Below are positions 26,801 to 38,800 of a stretch of DNA of 64,000 nt, piece by piece. Source of the DNA: Phoronis australis (lineage: Eukaryota > Animalia > Phoronida); NCBI GenBank assembly GCA_002633005.1, contig NMRA01000264.1:124001-188000 (forward strand), given 5' to 3'. The translations under genes were made by a program, and so were the position numbers. How positions within the stretch are numbered: the first letter of the stretch is position 1; every line of letters begins with the position of its first letter. The notes under the pieces were generated by a model, which was given only the letters and a program-made list of their open reading frames with translations, was not told the DNA's origin and did no database searches.

Positions 26801-29800
26801 AGAAAATATATATTTTCAGAGACTTAAAATCCATAGTTTTGTAAATATTTGGCTAATTACATACTTGTCAATAAGGTGCTACATAACCTTGAGTAATTTG
26901 TGACTCATAATTTTTCTCTGTGTTGAGTGCTATCAGTCTTGTAATGACAATACGCTATTGACCTATCGCCAGGACTTTGAGTGATAGCTTAAGTGACCAA
27001 TCAGAACGCAGCCTTCTTGACACACCTTCGTTTCCAAGCCGTCATTTTACCTGACAAACAACACGTTGCCGGGTGATATTTATTGTTTGTTTGTCAACAT
27101 TTCGCAAGGGGCAGAGCTTGCGATATGTCAATTGTTGGTACTAGTTACAGAATAAATAGGACCTCATTGAGTAATTTACATTTAGTCACTGAAAGTAAAA
27201 AATGATTTGACATTTAACTTAAGGAAATGGTAAAATGAGTGCTGCGATTTGTTCTCTAGGCTCTGGTAACTTCAATCAGATAATGAAGTCAAGTGGTTGT
27301 CGCTGACAGCTAGTCTTGTAGATTTCTGTCTGTTTCTGAAACCATAAGAGATTGGTCTGGGCTTCAGTCGTCACAACTCAACTGAGACCATAAGAGATTG
27401 GTCTGGACTTGAGTTGTCACTACTCAACTGAGACAATAAGAGATTGGTCTGGGCTTGAGTTGTCACTACTCAGCTGAGACCATAAGAGATTGGTCTGGGC
27501 TTCAGTCGTCACTACTCAACTTGCTTCAATCATTTATCTTCTTTTCCTTCATCAACAGATACCAAAGGTCAGAGTTCAATTTTGATAAAGGTTACGGTAG
27601 TCGGCTGAGGATAGCCCTTTCAGAAAGATCGGACACAGGTTACTACTTGTGTACAGCCAAGAACAACTTTGGACATGACCAGATGCTGGTCCACCTGGTA
27701 GTTCAAGGTATGATAATTATATGCCAGCAGCAATGGTACATTACCCACTCTGTATTCTTTCAGCAGTTGCATGAATCATTCTATTTTTCATGAAACTTCA
27801 TGTTTATTAGGGGTGTTTATGTGATTGAGATTAGAACTGTTAATAATAGGGCTATTGAGCTTCTCCACATACCAAGTCAACCTAATAGCATTCAAGTGAG
27901 TGGATAGTGCTGCCACCTGCAGTCATTTTGTTGCCCAGTTTGCAACTGTTGGTCATGAAAGTAAACACACCTGGGTTGTATTATTCAGATCTCAACTGCT
28001 GTATAGGTCTTTCATCATTTTATGCGAATATTGAGATTTATAAGTGTGAAAATGTTTTTATGAAAGATAAAATACGTGTCATAAATTGAACTAATAAGCA
28101 GAGGTCATCATTAGACTTCATATTTCCAGAGAGTCCAGATCAGCCAGCCAATCTAGCTGTTGAACAGTCAAAAAGCCGTACTATAGTTGTATCCTGGACA
28201 ATGCCTTTTAATGGACACAGTGAGATCACCGACTATATTATACAGTATAAGAATAGCACAGGTCAGTCATACTTGAATTTCCAGGAAGGTGTTTTTAATC
28301 ACCGATGATGGTAATTCTCAAGAATAGCCCACTTAGACATTATTTAAAGTCGCATGGTGTGTTAATTAAGGTCATTATGTCAAAAGTGGAGTCAAACTGG
28401 AATAAACCAAGTTTGAGAGGACGAATCTTGCTGTACATTAAGCAATTGGTGAACTACACTCAACTCATCGTACATGCTCTATATATTAAGAAACAAAAAT
28501 TTGTCACATTAAAATCACTCAAAAGGATTTTAATCTTACTCAAAGGTGGCGCTGCTTATGGCATTAATGGGCAGACAGATTATAGATACAAAAAGTGGGT
28601 TTCTGGAATTGAAACTAACTGCAATTGGGATATTGGTTTTCATATTGATCTCTTGGTATCTGTATAATTATGCACTTCTCTTTGCCATCTTTGTGTTATC
28701 AGCCCAAAAGTCTCGTACTCTTATATGTTTACTGTATGTGACTACTTAGTAGTGCTTTGACCTGATGTTTATACGCGGACCTTTGGTGAACTTCTGACCT
28801 GATTCTACGTCTTCCAGTGCTGTAGAGTTCAGTTCGTTTTCAGATGTCTGGCAAGGTGTCATACAGTCGGTGACCATCCGAGTCCAAGATGGTGGTCATA
28901 CCCAGGGAGCGGTCTCGGGCCTACACCCTGCTAGAGCTTATGACTTACGCTTGTTGGCTAAAAATAAGATTGGTGTCAGTGAACCCAGCTTACCAGTTAG
29001 TGTGTCTACAGGGGAAGAGGGTATGTTTCATTGTTTGTAGCTTATTCACTGCTTTTTGTATGTGACAGGTTTGGATGCAGCAGTGCTCTTAGGTGTTAAA
29101 AAGAGTTTATGTTTGACATGTGTTCCAGACACATGCAACTGTTTTTCCAAGGCCAAGTAAAAGTTTGTCTTCACATTTGATTGATAAAATATAATTTTCT
29201 GTCGTCTAGAATTTTCAAGTGATTTAGTTTTGACGTGGAATTTTTCCTGATGTAAGAAATGTGAAACAGGAATTACATACTAATGAATGGGTATGGCAAT
29301 AGTAATGAATGTACGTACATTTGTCTCCATTTCAGGTAACATTTTTTTTTGCAATTGGAAGCCTATTAAGAATTTTTAACTGAAATTAAGTATAATGAGT
29401 TTCAAAATATTTGTATTCGTTATCCAAAATGCATTCTACTGTGCAGTTTAGTGTTCAGGTACAAATGTTTTAACTTAATTCCTCACTCCATTCGACAGCT
29501 CCCTCTGGACCTCCCCTCAATATCAAAGTCAACGCTGAGAATTCGCAAGTTCTCAAGGTCACATGGTCTCCGCCGTCAGTCGACCACTGCAATGGCATCA
29601 TCACTGGCTACTATATCCACTACAAGGTGCACAATAGTAGCTCCCCCTGGCGGCACAGTACGCTATCTGTCGGAGAGGTGGTGAAACTAGAGATGGTCTT
29701 GGACAATCTTAAAAAGTTCACACGATACTCTGTACAGCTCCAGGCATACAACGCCAAGGGTACCGGGCCGCAGTCGGACATCGTTAATGTATTCACCTTG

Positions 29801-32800
29801 GAAGATGGTAAATTTTGTCTATGGTCAATGAATGAAAAATATTAGTATGCACATTGTGCCATTTAAGAGGTCTCACAAGTAAAAATCTTGATAATAATGT
29901 TTTCCTTTTTGAATAAAACTGGTAATTGTTTTGTAACTTTCAAACACTGGTTTCCCTCTCCCACCTAATAATAGGCGGTCTACTTCTTTGTAGCAATTAT
30001 TCGTTTGTCAAAAACTGGACGTGCACGTCTTTGCTTGACTTTACTGTCTTGTTCAATAATATGTATCCTAAAACCATAAGGATATGCCTATTTTAGCAAG
30101 TTGTTAAAATGAGATGCGGGAATAGTTAATCACCAGTGTCTGATGTCTGTGTTCCAGTTCCCAGCTTGCCACCTACTAGTGTCGCGGCAACAGCTCTCAG
30201 TTCTCAGAGTATCATGGTGGTGTGGTCTCCCCCACCTGTCTATACACTCAACGGCATACTGCAGGGCTACAAGGTTATTGTCAAGCCTGTCAGAGATGAT
30301 GAAGGTACCTGTCAAAACTCTATTTTGGTATGACTGATCATCATCAATATTTTCTCCGGTGTAATCTATTTTGTTTAATTCGTAAATATTGATTATCTAA
30401 GCTACAGAATATATGCACGTTTTTGGACTGGCTGTATTATTAACACAGCCTTGAAGCATACGGTGAATTCTCACCAATTTCAGACAAACACAATTTGCCA
30501 AATTGTCCTTTTTTCATCTTTCAAAGGCACTTAATGTCATTATGAGTAGCCGCAGTGTTTGAAAATATGATGGTAGGTATGGTAATGAAGAAGAATATTC
30601 TAAAGCACAACTTTGATACTACTAGTCGTTTATTGAAAAACGTGAAGAAATAAAAGTTCACTTGGTTGCCATATTGTGTCCTAAATTGGCGAGATTTTAC
30701 TGTATTGTGAGTGGCATACACTCGAGCTGGTTATCTAAGGTAAGATTTTATGCGATGTTTCAGATGAGAGTGACAGCCATATTCAGACGAGCACCACTAT
30801 GCAGGTGGGCGTGTACAACCTACAGAAGTACACTAACTACAGTGTCCAGGTGCTGGCCTTCACTCGCAAGGGTGAGGGTGTTCGCAGCGCCCCCTTGTAT
30901 GTCATGACAGAACAGGACGGTAATCAGTCATGTTGTCTTTACCAGATTGCATTGAACAGAGAGTGATAATTTGCTAGACGAAATAGAATTATTCTGATTT
31001 GTGGTAAACATTTTTACCACGTTTTACTTCATAACTTTACCTTTTGGTTATTTGATGGATTAACGAGTTTATTATGCAAAATCAGTGGGTGGAAACAGTG
31101 AATAAAATGGGTATATCTGTACATGTTAGGATCATTGTTCTCATCAAAATACTGCCACTAGGGGGCGCCAAGTATAATTTTCAAATTAAATTCCTCATTT
31201 GTGGTGTTTTGTTCTTGAAACACTTATTTGCTCAGAAAAATGACACTTTTTCTATCAAATGGTTGGGCACATGTCTCTTTTATGCTAAATGTTTGTGTTT
31301 ACATTTTGTTGTAGTGCCTGGTTCACCTTCTGATGTGAAATCGTTTGCCACAAACTCAACAGCAGTACTGGTCACATGGTTACCACCAGATCACCCTAAT
31401 GGAGTACTGAAGGGCTACATTGTGTACCAGTTGTCTGAGGACACGGTCAGTACTGGCCTTGGTCTAACATGTCATCATTTCCAAAAGACAAGACAAAGCT
31501 AATTTTTTTATTTTGTAACTTTAAATTTATTACTGGTTTGTTTTAATCATTAAATAAATGTCTGCATTAGGTTTTTATTGACTTTATACGAATTAAAAAA
31601 ATTGTTGGGTATTTGATAAAAATTTATTTATTTCAGATACTGAAATAATAATTATTTTCTTAAAAGTTTGGTGTCATGTCCGTAATTTTACAACTTGTTC
31701 TGATATTAATTGGTCATAAAGAAATGAAAAGTTATGGACACTACACTTAAATACCTTTCCATCTGATTATCAGATTAAAAAACTGTCAGTTCCTCCATTT
31801 TAAGACAAGTTTCTGCATAGCACTATGTTGAAGTGAATACTTATCTTAAATTGAGAACTTTTTGCTTTTTACAGTATATCATAATTGTATGTAACTACCT
31901 CTGTACACTCCAACTTGAAAAAGGATTTACGAGCACTCGTTAGTGAGACTGCAAACTTTTACTTGCATGATTCTTTTGTGTGTGTCTGGAAAGTCATCCG
32001 TGTTATGTGTCTCAAGTTATGAACTGGCAAACCTGTTTTCAAACTGTGTTGATACAAAACGTCTGATATTTGAGAAATGTGACAAATGACAAAATCGCCC
32101 ATGCCAATCTTCAAAATCTAGGTAATTAAATTTTGGTTACCCAAATTTTAGACACTATCCCAATTTTCCTATGCATCTCTCGGTGCAAGCCTTCTATCTT
32201 ATGCCTGGACCTTGCATTGTTTTACTAAAACACCCCATCTCCTTCAGACAGTCTGACCATTTCCTTAAATCTGTTTAAATGTTCCTTGCAGGCTGATCCT
32301 ATCAAGCACACTGTCAATCCAACCATAACTCGATTGTATGTATCCGGCTTGTCGACCAATCAGATCTATTCATTCCAAGTGACGGCTTCGACAGTGATAG
32401 GGGAAGGAGATAGAACCCGAGTGGTCAAGTCGTCCCCGCTAAATCAGAGTAAGAGTTTGTATTTATTTTACCATCCCTATATCTCTCGAGTTGTATCATG
32501 TTTGTCTTTTGAAATGGAAGTCACTTATTGGTTCTCCGTTTTCAAATTACCCTGCTGTGAATAGTTGGTCAAAACATGAATATTGTCACCCTCAGGTTTT
32601 TCCTTTGTTTATTTTGTCTTCTTTACTTTCACCAAAATTGAAAAAAATCTAATTGTGTTTTATCTTTTTTATACTTATGTATCTTTTTGTAATTTTTTAT
32701 TTTACTTATTTTTTGCATAAAAAGCTCTGAATGTTTTATGGAATTCTTGTTCCATTCATGTGACATTTGAAAAGTTTTTTTTGTTGTTTGTATTAAAGGT

Positions 32801-35800
32801 CTACAGGTGGAGGTTTGATATCGTAGATGATGGTTGTTGTTATAATTACTCTCTTTTCCCAGTTTCTGCCAGAATTGCTACATTCCCCCACAAAATCCTC
32901 ATTCAATGGAAGAATGATGTCATCCTACCGTGTGACAGTATTGGGGATGTGCCACTCAAGGTCACATGGAGCAAAAGGTAAATACAAGATCACCTAGATA
33001 TGAAATGTATTTACATTTAATTGGTTTACTTAAGAGAAAAAAGAATTTGTAACATGCAATTTTTACTTTAAATTTTTGAGAATATTTTTACTTCATTATA
33101 TGTAGAAATTCTGCCACTGACTATAACTAAGTTCAGTGATCTATTGACTTCAGTGTTGTTTACTTAATTATAAGGCCAAAAAATCAGCTAGAAATACACC
33201 ACAGCTTCAATTTTCAAAACAACCGCAGACCAGAACAAACTATACTTTTTATTGTACCACCTTTTATTTTTATTGTGTTCTTATTTGCACAGGCAATTGA
33301 GAAACGTACAAGAAATCACTCCATCAGACAACATTCGCTTGCTCAGCAATGGCTCTCTTCAGATGTTAAATGTACAGAGTGCAGACGCTGCCGACTACGT
33401 TTGTCGAGTCTCTAACGATCACGGAACTGATGAGATTATCATCACTTTGATCGTCCAAGGTGAGTATACTGTTTTGGTGGCTGCTGTTTTTTCCTGTAGT
33501 GTGTATCACAGAGTTGCTTCTGAGAACTATTGATCAAGCTATAGGTCATCATGTTTCAATGAAGTCTGGCTGAATGATGTAATTTAGTTATAATTTCAAT
33601 TTTTTGTCGTCATTTTCTATGTGTTTATAATTGAAAATTGATGAAAAGAATAAAAAGCTGCCATTTATGCAATTCCAGCAAATATTTTGCATGCCAAAAA
33701 TCCTGGTTATTGCAAAATGTTGCATTTCCCGTTTTGAAATAGTTATTGAAATTATTTTGAACCACTGCAACCATCACAATAGAAAATGATGTTATGAAAG
33801 AAATGACAAATTTCTGTTTTTCTGTCAATGGTATTGCTGTGTTAAGGCCATCTCAAGTGCTGTTTTATGAGAACTAAGAAGTGGGATGACGTTTCCGAAA
33901 CTGATTTATAACGTAAAATAATCTGCCGCACATTGTTCTAATCTGCCTACCGATTCTTTCTTGCTTCAAAGTGAACCGTGAGAGTGTGTGTAAGTATACG
34001 AGTTGTGATTAGAGATGTCGTGTGTCTCCTTGTGTATCCTTCCTGTATATTATCAGCTGGTGTGTGCGAGTGTTGCTGTAGAACCGCGTTGAAAATGCTG
34101 TTGCAGGGGTCGTGGGTCAAGCGAACATTGGGGCTTGGTTATCCAAAATGCATAGGGGTTAATAAAAATGTTCTTTACCCAGCCAGGACCATAAGCTCTT
34201 TGTTAAGCTGTGTTTACTTACACAGGACACCTGAGGCTGTTGTCTGACTAAGAGCAGGGTTCATACAGAACTACTTTCACTGACCTTGCATGCCAATTTC
34301 AAAAGATCTATTGTGTGTGGACAAACACCAATGATTTACAATGGTCGGCAAAATTATTAATCACTATGCAAATTAGTTATCCCTTCCAAGCACAAAGTGA
34401 AACATTTTTGGGCAACTTTTTGTGTTTGTAAGTAACAAAAATTTTTACCATGTTGGAAATTCAGCACAAGTCAGACGCTGTTAGTTATTTATAGTTATTG
34501 TAAAACTCAGGCTAAACAGAATTTAGTCAAGCCACAAAACATGTTAAATATTTCAATTTGAACACAGGTGACACTTTGACGCTGTTCCAACTCTACTTGT
34601 AAAAATGGTTAAAAACTGTTACGAAGCTAAAGACAGTGGGAAAGGAATCCTTTGTATCTTTCATGCAGTTTGTCTTGAACTATATTTGCCTGCATTTATA
34701 AAAAATGTCCCCACTTCCTGGATTCAGTTACTTTTGGTAGGAATCATTTCCAAAAATAACTTAACTGCATTTTTCTCGGTCTGTACATCTGGCTAAAAAC
34801 GAAAAATTAGTCTCGTAATATTCCTTACCGTAGTAGGACTCTACTTCTGTTACAAACATGAACACAGGTAATGAGTACATGCACCATTTTTGAATTCACA
34901 ACTTTAAGGTAGGCCAACCAATAAACTCTGGAGCATCATTTTGGGTCACTGATTGTTTAGCTGTTTAAGTTTGTAATGAAAATACAATCTTCACGGTATG
35001 AGACTGATTTTATCAGGGTAAAAGGCCCAATTAGATTTTTGTTTTTTAACCAGCTAAACAAGGCAAAATGTAGGAAAATGTTGTAGAAATGGTAATAATA
35101 TCCTGAGAACTCATTGAAAGGGATAACGAATTTGAACGAAGGCTATGATTAGTTCCCCTTAGCTGACGACGTTAGCCTACATGAAACCCATGAGTGTTTT
35201 GTGGCTTTTTGTACTTGTGTACATCATGTGTTATTTTGAGCAGGCAGATATTGTATGTATTGTAGGTAACTAGTAAGTACATCGTTTCACTTTGTGGCCC
35301 TCAGTTGTTTGCTGTCAACAGAAACTCTTGGTGAGTCGAGGACCATGCAGATATGGTACATGTACCGTGAGTTTTCGTGTAATTTATGCTTACTTTTCAT
35401 ACCCGCAGTTCCACCCAATCCACCCAAGTTGTCAGTTGCCGTGACAACGTCATCAACAATCCAAGTCAACTGGAGGTCAGGCAGTAATGGAGGAAGTGCT
35501 ATCACAGGTAAGTCCATTTTTATCAAGATTATAGGATAGATACTCTTCTAAGAGGACAGCTAGTACTATTCATTAGATATTTCTCTCATTTGAAGAAGGT
35601 GTTATAAAATGTATCAGATATGTGCAGGGAGAATATTTTTTGAACATTGTGAATTTACCAATAAATCACTTTCAAGGATTTCGTTTAAATTATTGAATTT
35701 CCGCTTGCGATTTCGGTTGAAGCATGAATGCAGAGCGACATTTTATGAAATTTAAATGATATGCAAAGAATTATCAAATGAAAGAAAACAATCATTTTCA

Positions 35801-38800
35801 GTTGTTCAAGTTTTCCTTCACTTATCTGCATAACGTAAGAACCAGCACCACTAGCATCATCCATAACAATAGCTGTGATAGTTATAGCGATAATATTGAG
35901 TAGCACACTTGTGTTTCAGGTTTTACTATGTTTTATAAAGAGGAGTATCACCAAGCTTGGACGCCAGTCTCTCTGGGGCCCAACAATCGCACCTACACGG
36001 CTACACGATTGAGCTGTGGCACCCGCTACAAGTTCAAGATGAACGCCAGGAACTTTGAGGGGCCCAGCATATACAGTGAGACTATAAAGGCCAAGACAAA
36101 TGGGTCAAGTAAGCCTGGACACTTAACTGTCCATTTCAGATGCTTTTTAAAAGGCTCCAAGGTTTTTAAGATGACTATTTGATACCAGGTTTTACTACTA
36201 GAAGCAAGTCTATTGATGCAAATTGTTAAAAATTGATGTTGTTTTTATGATTTCTTTTTCTTGTAAAGGTTCTAAGAGTTTTCGATTGTATAGATTTAGA
36301 TTTTATTTTTCCAGTCTACACTTCCATTCCTATGCTTGCTGTATGTATAAAAGAGTTAACAGTAACCTAGCAACTCATTTGGTTGTTTTACAGATTGCAG
36401 CAATGGGGTTTTCATGATATTAAGAGTAACATCAGTTCTGTATAGCAGTGTGTAGTGTGCACTTTCAAAAAGAAACTGATGTTCATGATGGTTTGAGTTT
36501 TGACTCGTGTAACTGTTTTTGTCTTATGGGACATATAACAAGCCTGGGATGTATGTACATGTAACAGGCCTGGCATGTGTGCTCATGTTAAGATTTACAT
36601 CACGATGCACAGAAACACTGACTGCCATCACAATTTGTCTTCAGCTCCCATCAGCCCAGCACAGAGCCTCATTCTGACGGACATCAACTCGACCTACGTG
36701 ACCTTGACCCTAGCTACATGGCAGACGGGAGGATGTCCAATCACGCGCTATGCCATTAAGTACCAAGTGTTTGGTGACTCGGNGTGTGTAGTGTGCACTT
36801 TCAAAAAGAAACTGATGTTCATGATGGTTTGAGTTTTGACTCGTGTAACTGTTTTTGTCTTATGGGACATATAACAAGCCTGGGATATATGTACATGTAA
36901 CAGGCCTGGCATGTGTGCACATGTTAAGATTTACATCACGGTGCACAGAAACACTGACTGCCATCTCAATTTGTCTTATGGGACATATAACAAGCCTGGG
37001 ATATATGTACATGTAACAGGCCTGGCATGTGTGCACATGTTAAGATTTACATCACGATGCACAGAAACACTGACTGCCATCACAATTTGTCTTCAGCTCC
37101 CATCAGCCCAGCACAGAGCCTCATTCTGACGGACATCAACTCGACCTACGTGACCTTGACCCTAGCTACATGGCAGACGGGAGGATGTCCAATCACGCGC
37201 TATGCCATTAAGTACCAAGTGTTTGGTGACTCGGGCTGGACTACTGTTAGCAATGATATTAAACCCCATTATGTGAGTAGCATGTGTCTCTGTCTTAGTT
37301 AAAAGGAGTTGGCTACAAACCAAGACAGATAATTGTAACAAAAAGCATCACAGAAGTTGGTTGTGACAAGCCATCACGAGCAGCCAACACGGCTTAATTG
37401 TCACGAGGGTCAAAATTGCAAAGCAAACCGCAGCTCTTTGTTCAAGGGGATGAGGTGATTTCACGCCCCTACACATTAAGTTGGTGGTGTTGAGATAAGG
37501 GTTGCCAAATTAATCAAGACATTTATTTCCCCTTTGGCTTTGATGGATTATTCAATTCAAATTGGTCTGTGAATTGAGACAGTATTGCAGCATGGCCATT
37601 TTGCATTGTGAGGTTTTTGTCACTTATGATATTAAACCATTGAAGTGGTTATAAACAAAATATTCTGTTTCAGAAATAAACAAAGAATTATTAGATTAAC
37701 ATTCGGTTTAAAACCACTCACTGTTTTAAAATTAGCTTCAGCGTTTTGTTCCTTTCTCAGTTATTTTCGGTCCTGCGAAGAACCAACGTCATTGCTTGAA
37801 ATTATGCTCTGCAAACAAAATGACACGCTGTGACAAGTCCTGTTGTAGAGTTCCTATGTTTGTGAAATGACACAGTGTGACAAGTCATGTTATAGAGTTC
37901 TATGTTTATGACACGCCGTGACAAGTCGTATTGTAGAGTTCTGTGTTTGTGAAAAGACATGTCGTGGCATGTCAAATTGTAGAGTCCTATGTTTGTGAAA
38001 TAAAGTACGGTAAAATCTCACCAATTTGAGACAAATGTCAAATATTTCAAGGACTTCTAACATTGTGAATGCTTTCACTGAATTTTTGAAAATATTTTCT
38101 GTTGGTAGCTGTGGTACAGAGCTTTGGATATGGTAAAGCATCATTCTGGTACTCTATATCATTTGTGAAAAAAATGAGAGAAAAGTCTTCACCTGGGGAG
38201 ATTTCACTATATCCTAAGTTGATAACTTGTTACAGTTTCTAAGTTTTGCACATTTTCAGAAAACTTTCACTGTGCCAGACCTCCACCCCGCCACATGGTA
38301 CGTCATGAAAGTTAGTGCTGAGAACCAGGCAGGGCAGACGGACATTCAACTCAAGTTTGCCACTCTCACATATGAAGGAAGTAAGTTATCAGTGAAGGCA
38401 AACAGCTATTGCGTGGTAAAACTCACTGGGGAATGTTGTCATCATGTTTTCTGCGAAAGAAATAAATTTTAAGTGGCTGCTAATTCACCTTACGTGAGCA
38501 AAGCCATCTTTTGATTTAAACCACTCACCATTATGAAATGTGTCTCCTGTTGTTGCATAGTCAAACTAGAAACATGTAGTGACTGGTCTTTGAAAGACCT
38601 GGCAGTTCCTTATTGCTTGCAAACCATCTTTATGAGTTGACTAGTCACGGCGTGACATTTGATTTCCCAAACATGGTCTTGAACAATAATGAACTGTTTG
38701 TTCTTTGTAAGACCAAAAGTCATTCCTTATCTGAATAAGGAAAAAGTTGAGACCAATTTTGTAAGTCAAGTGGCATGAATCAAATGTTAGTCTCTGTGAT

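Noticed and set aside
36645-36782. Second FN3-6 exon copy as a mutually exclusive Dscam exon
   Set aside because: The coding sequence is identical, is cut off exactly at a single N and has no donor; this is typical of a scaffold overlap.
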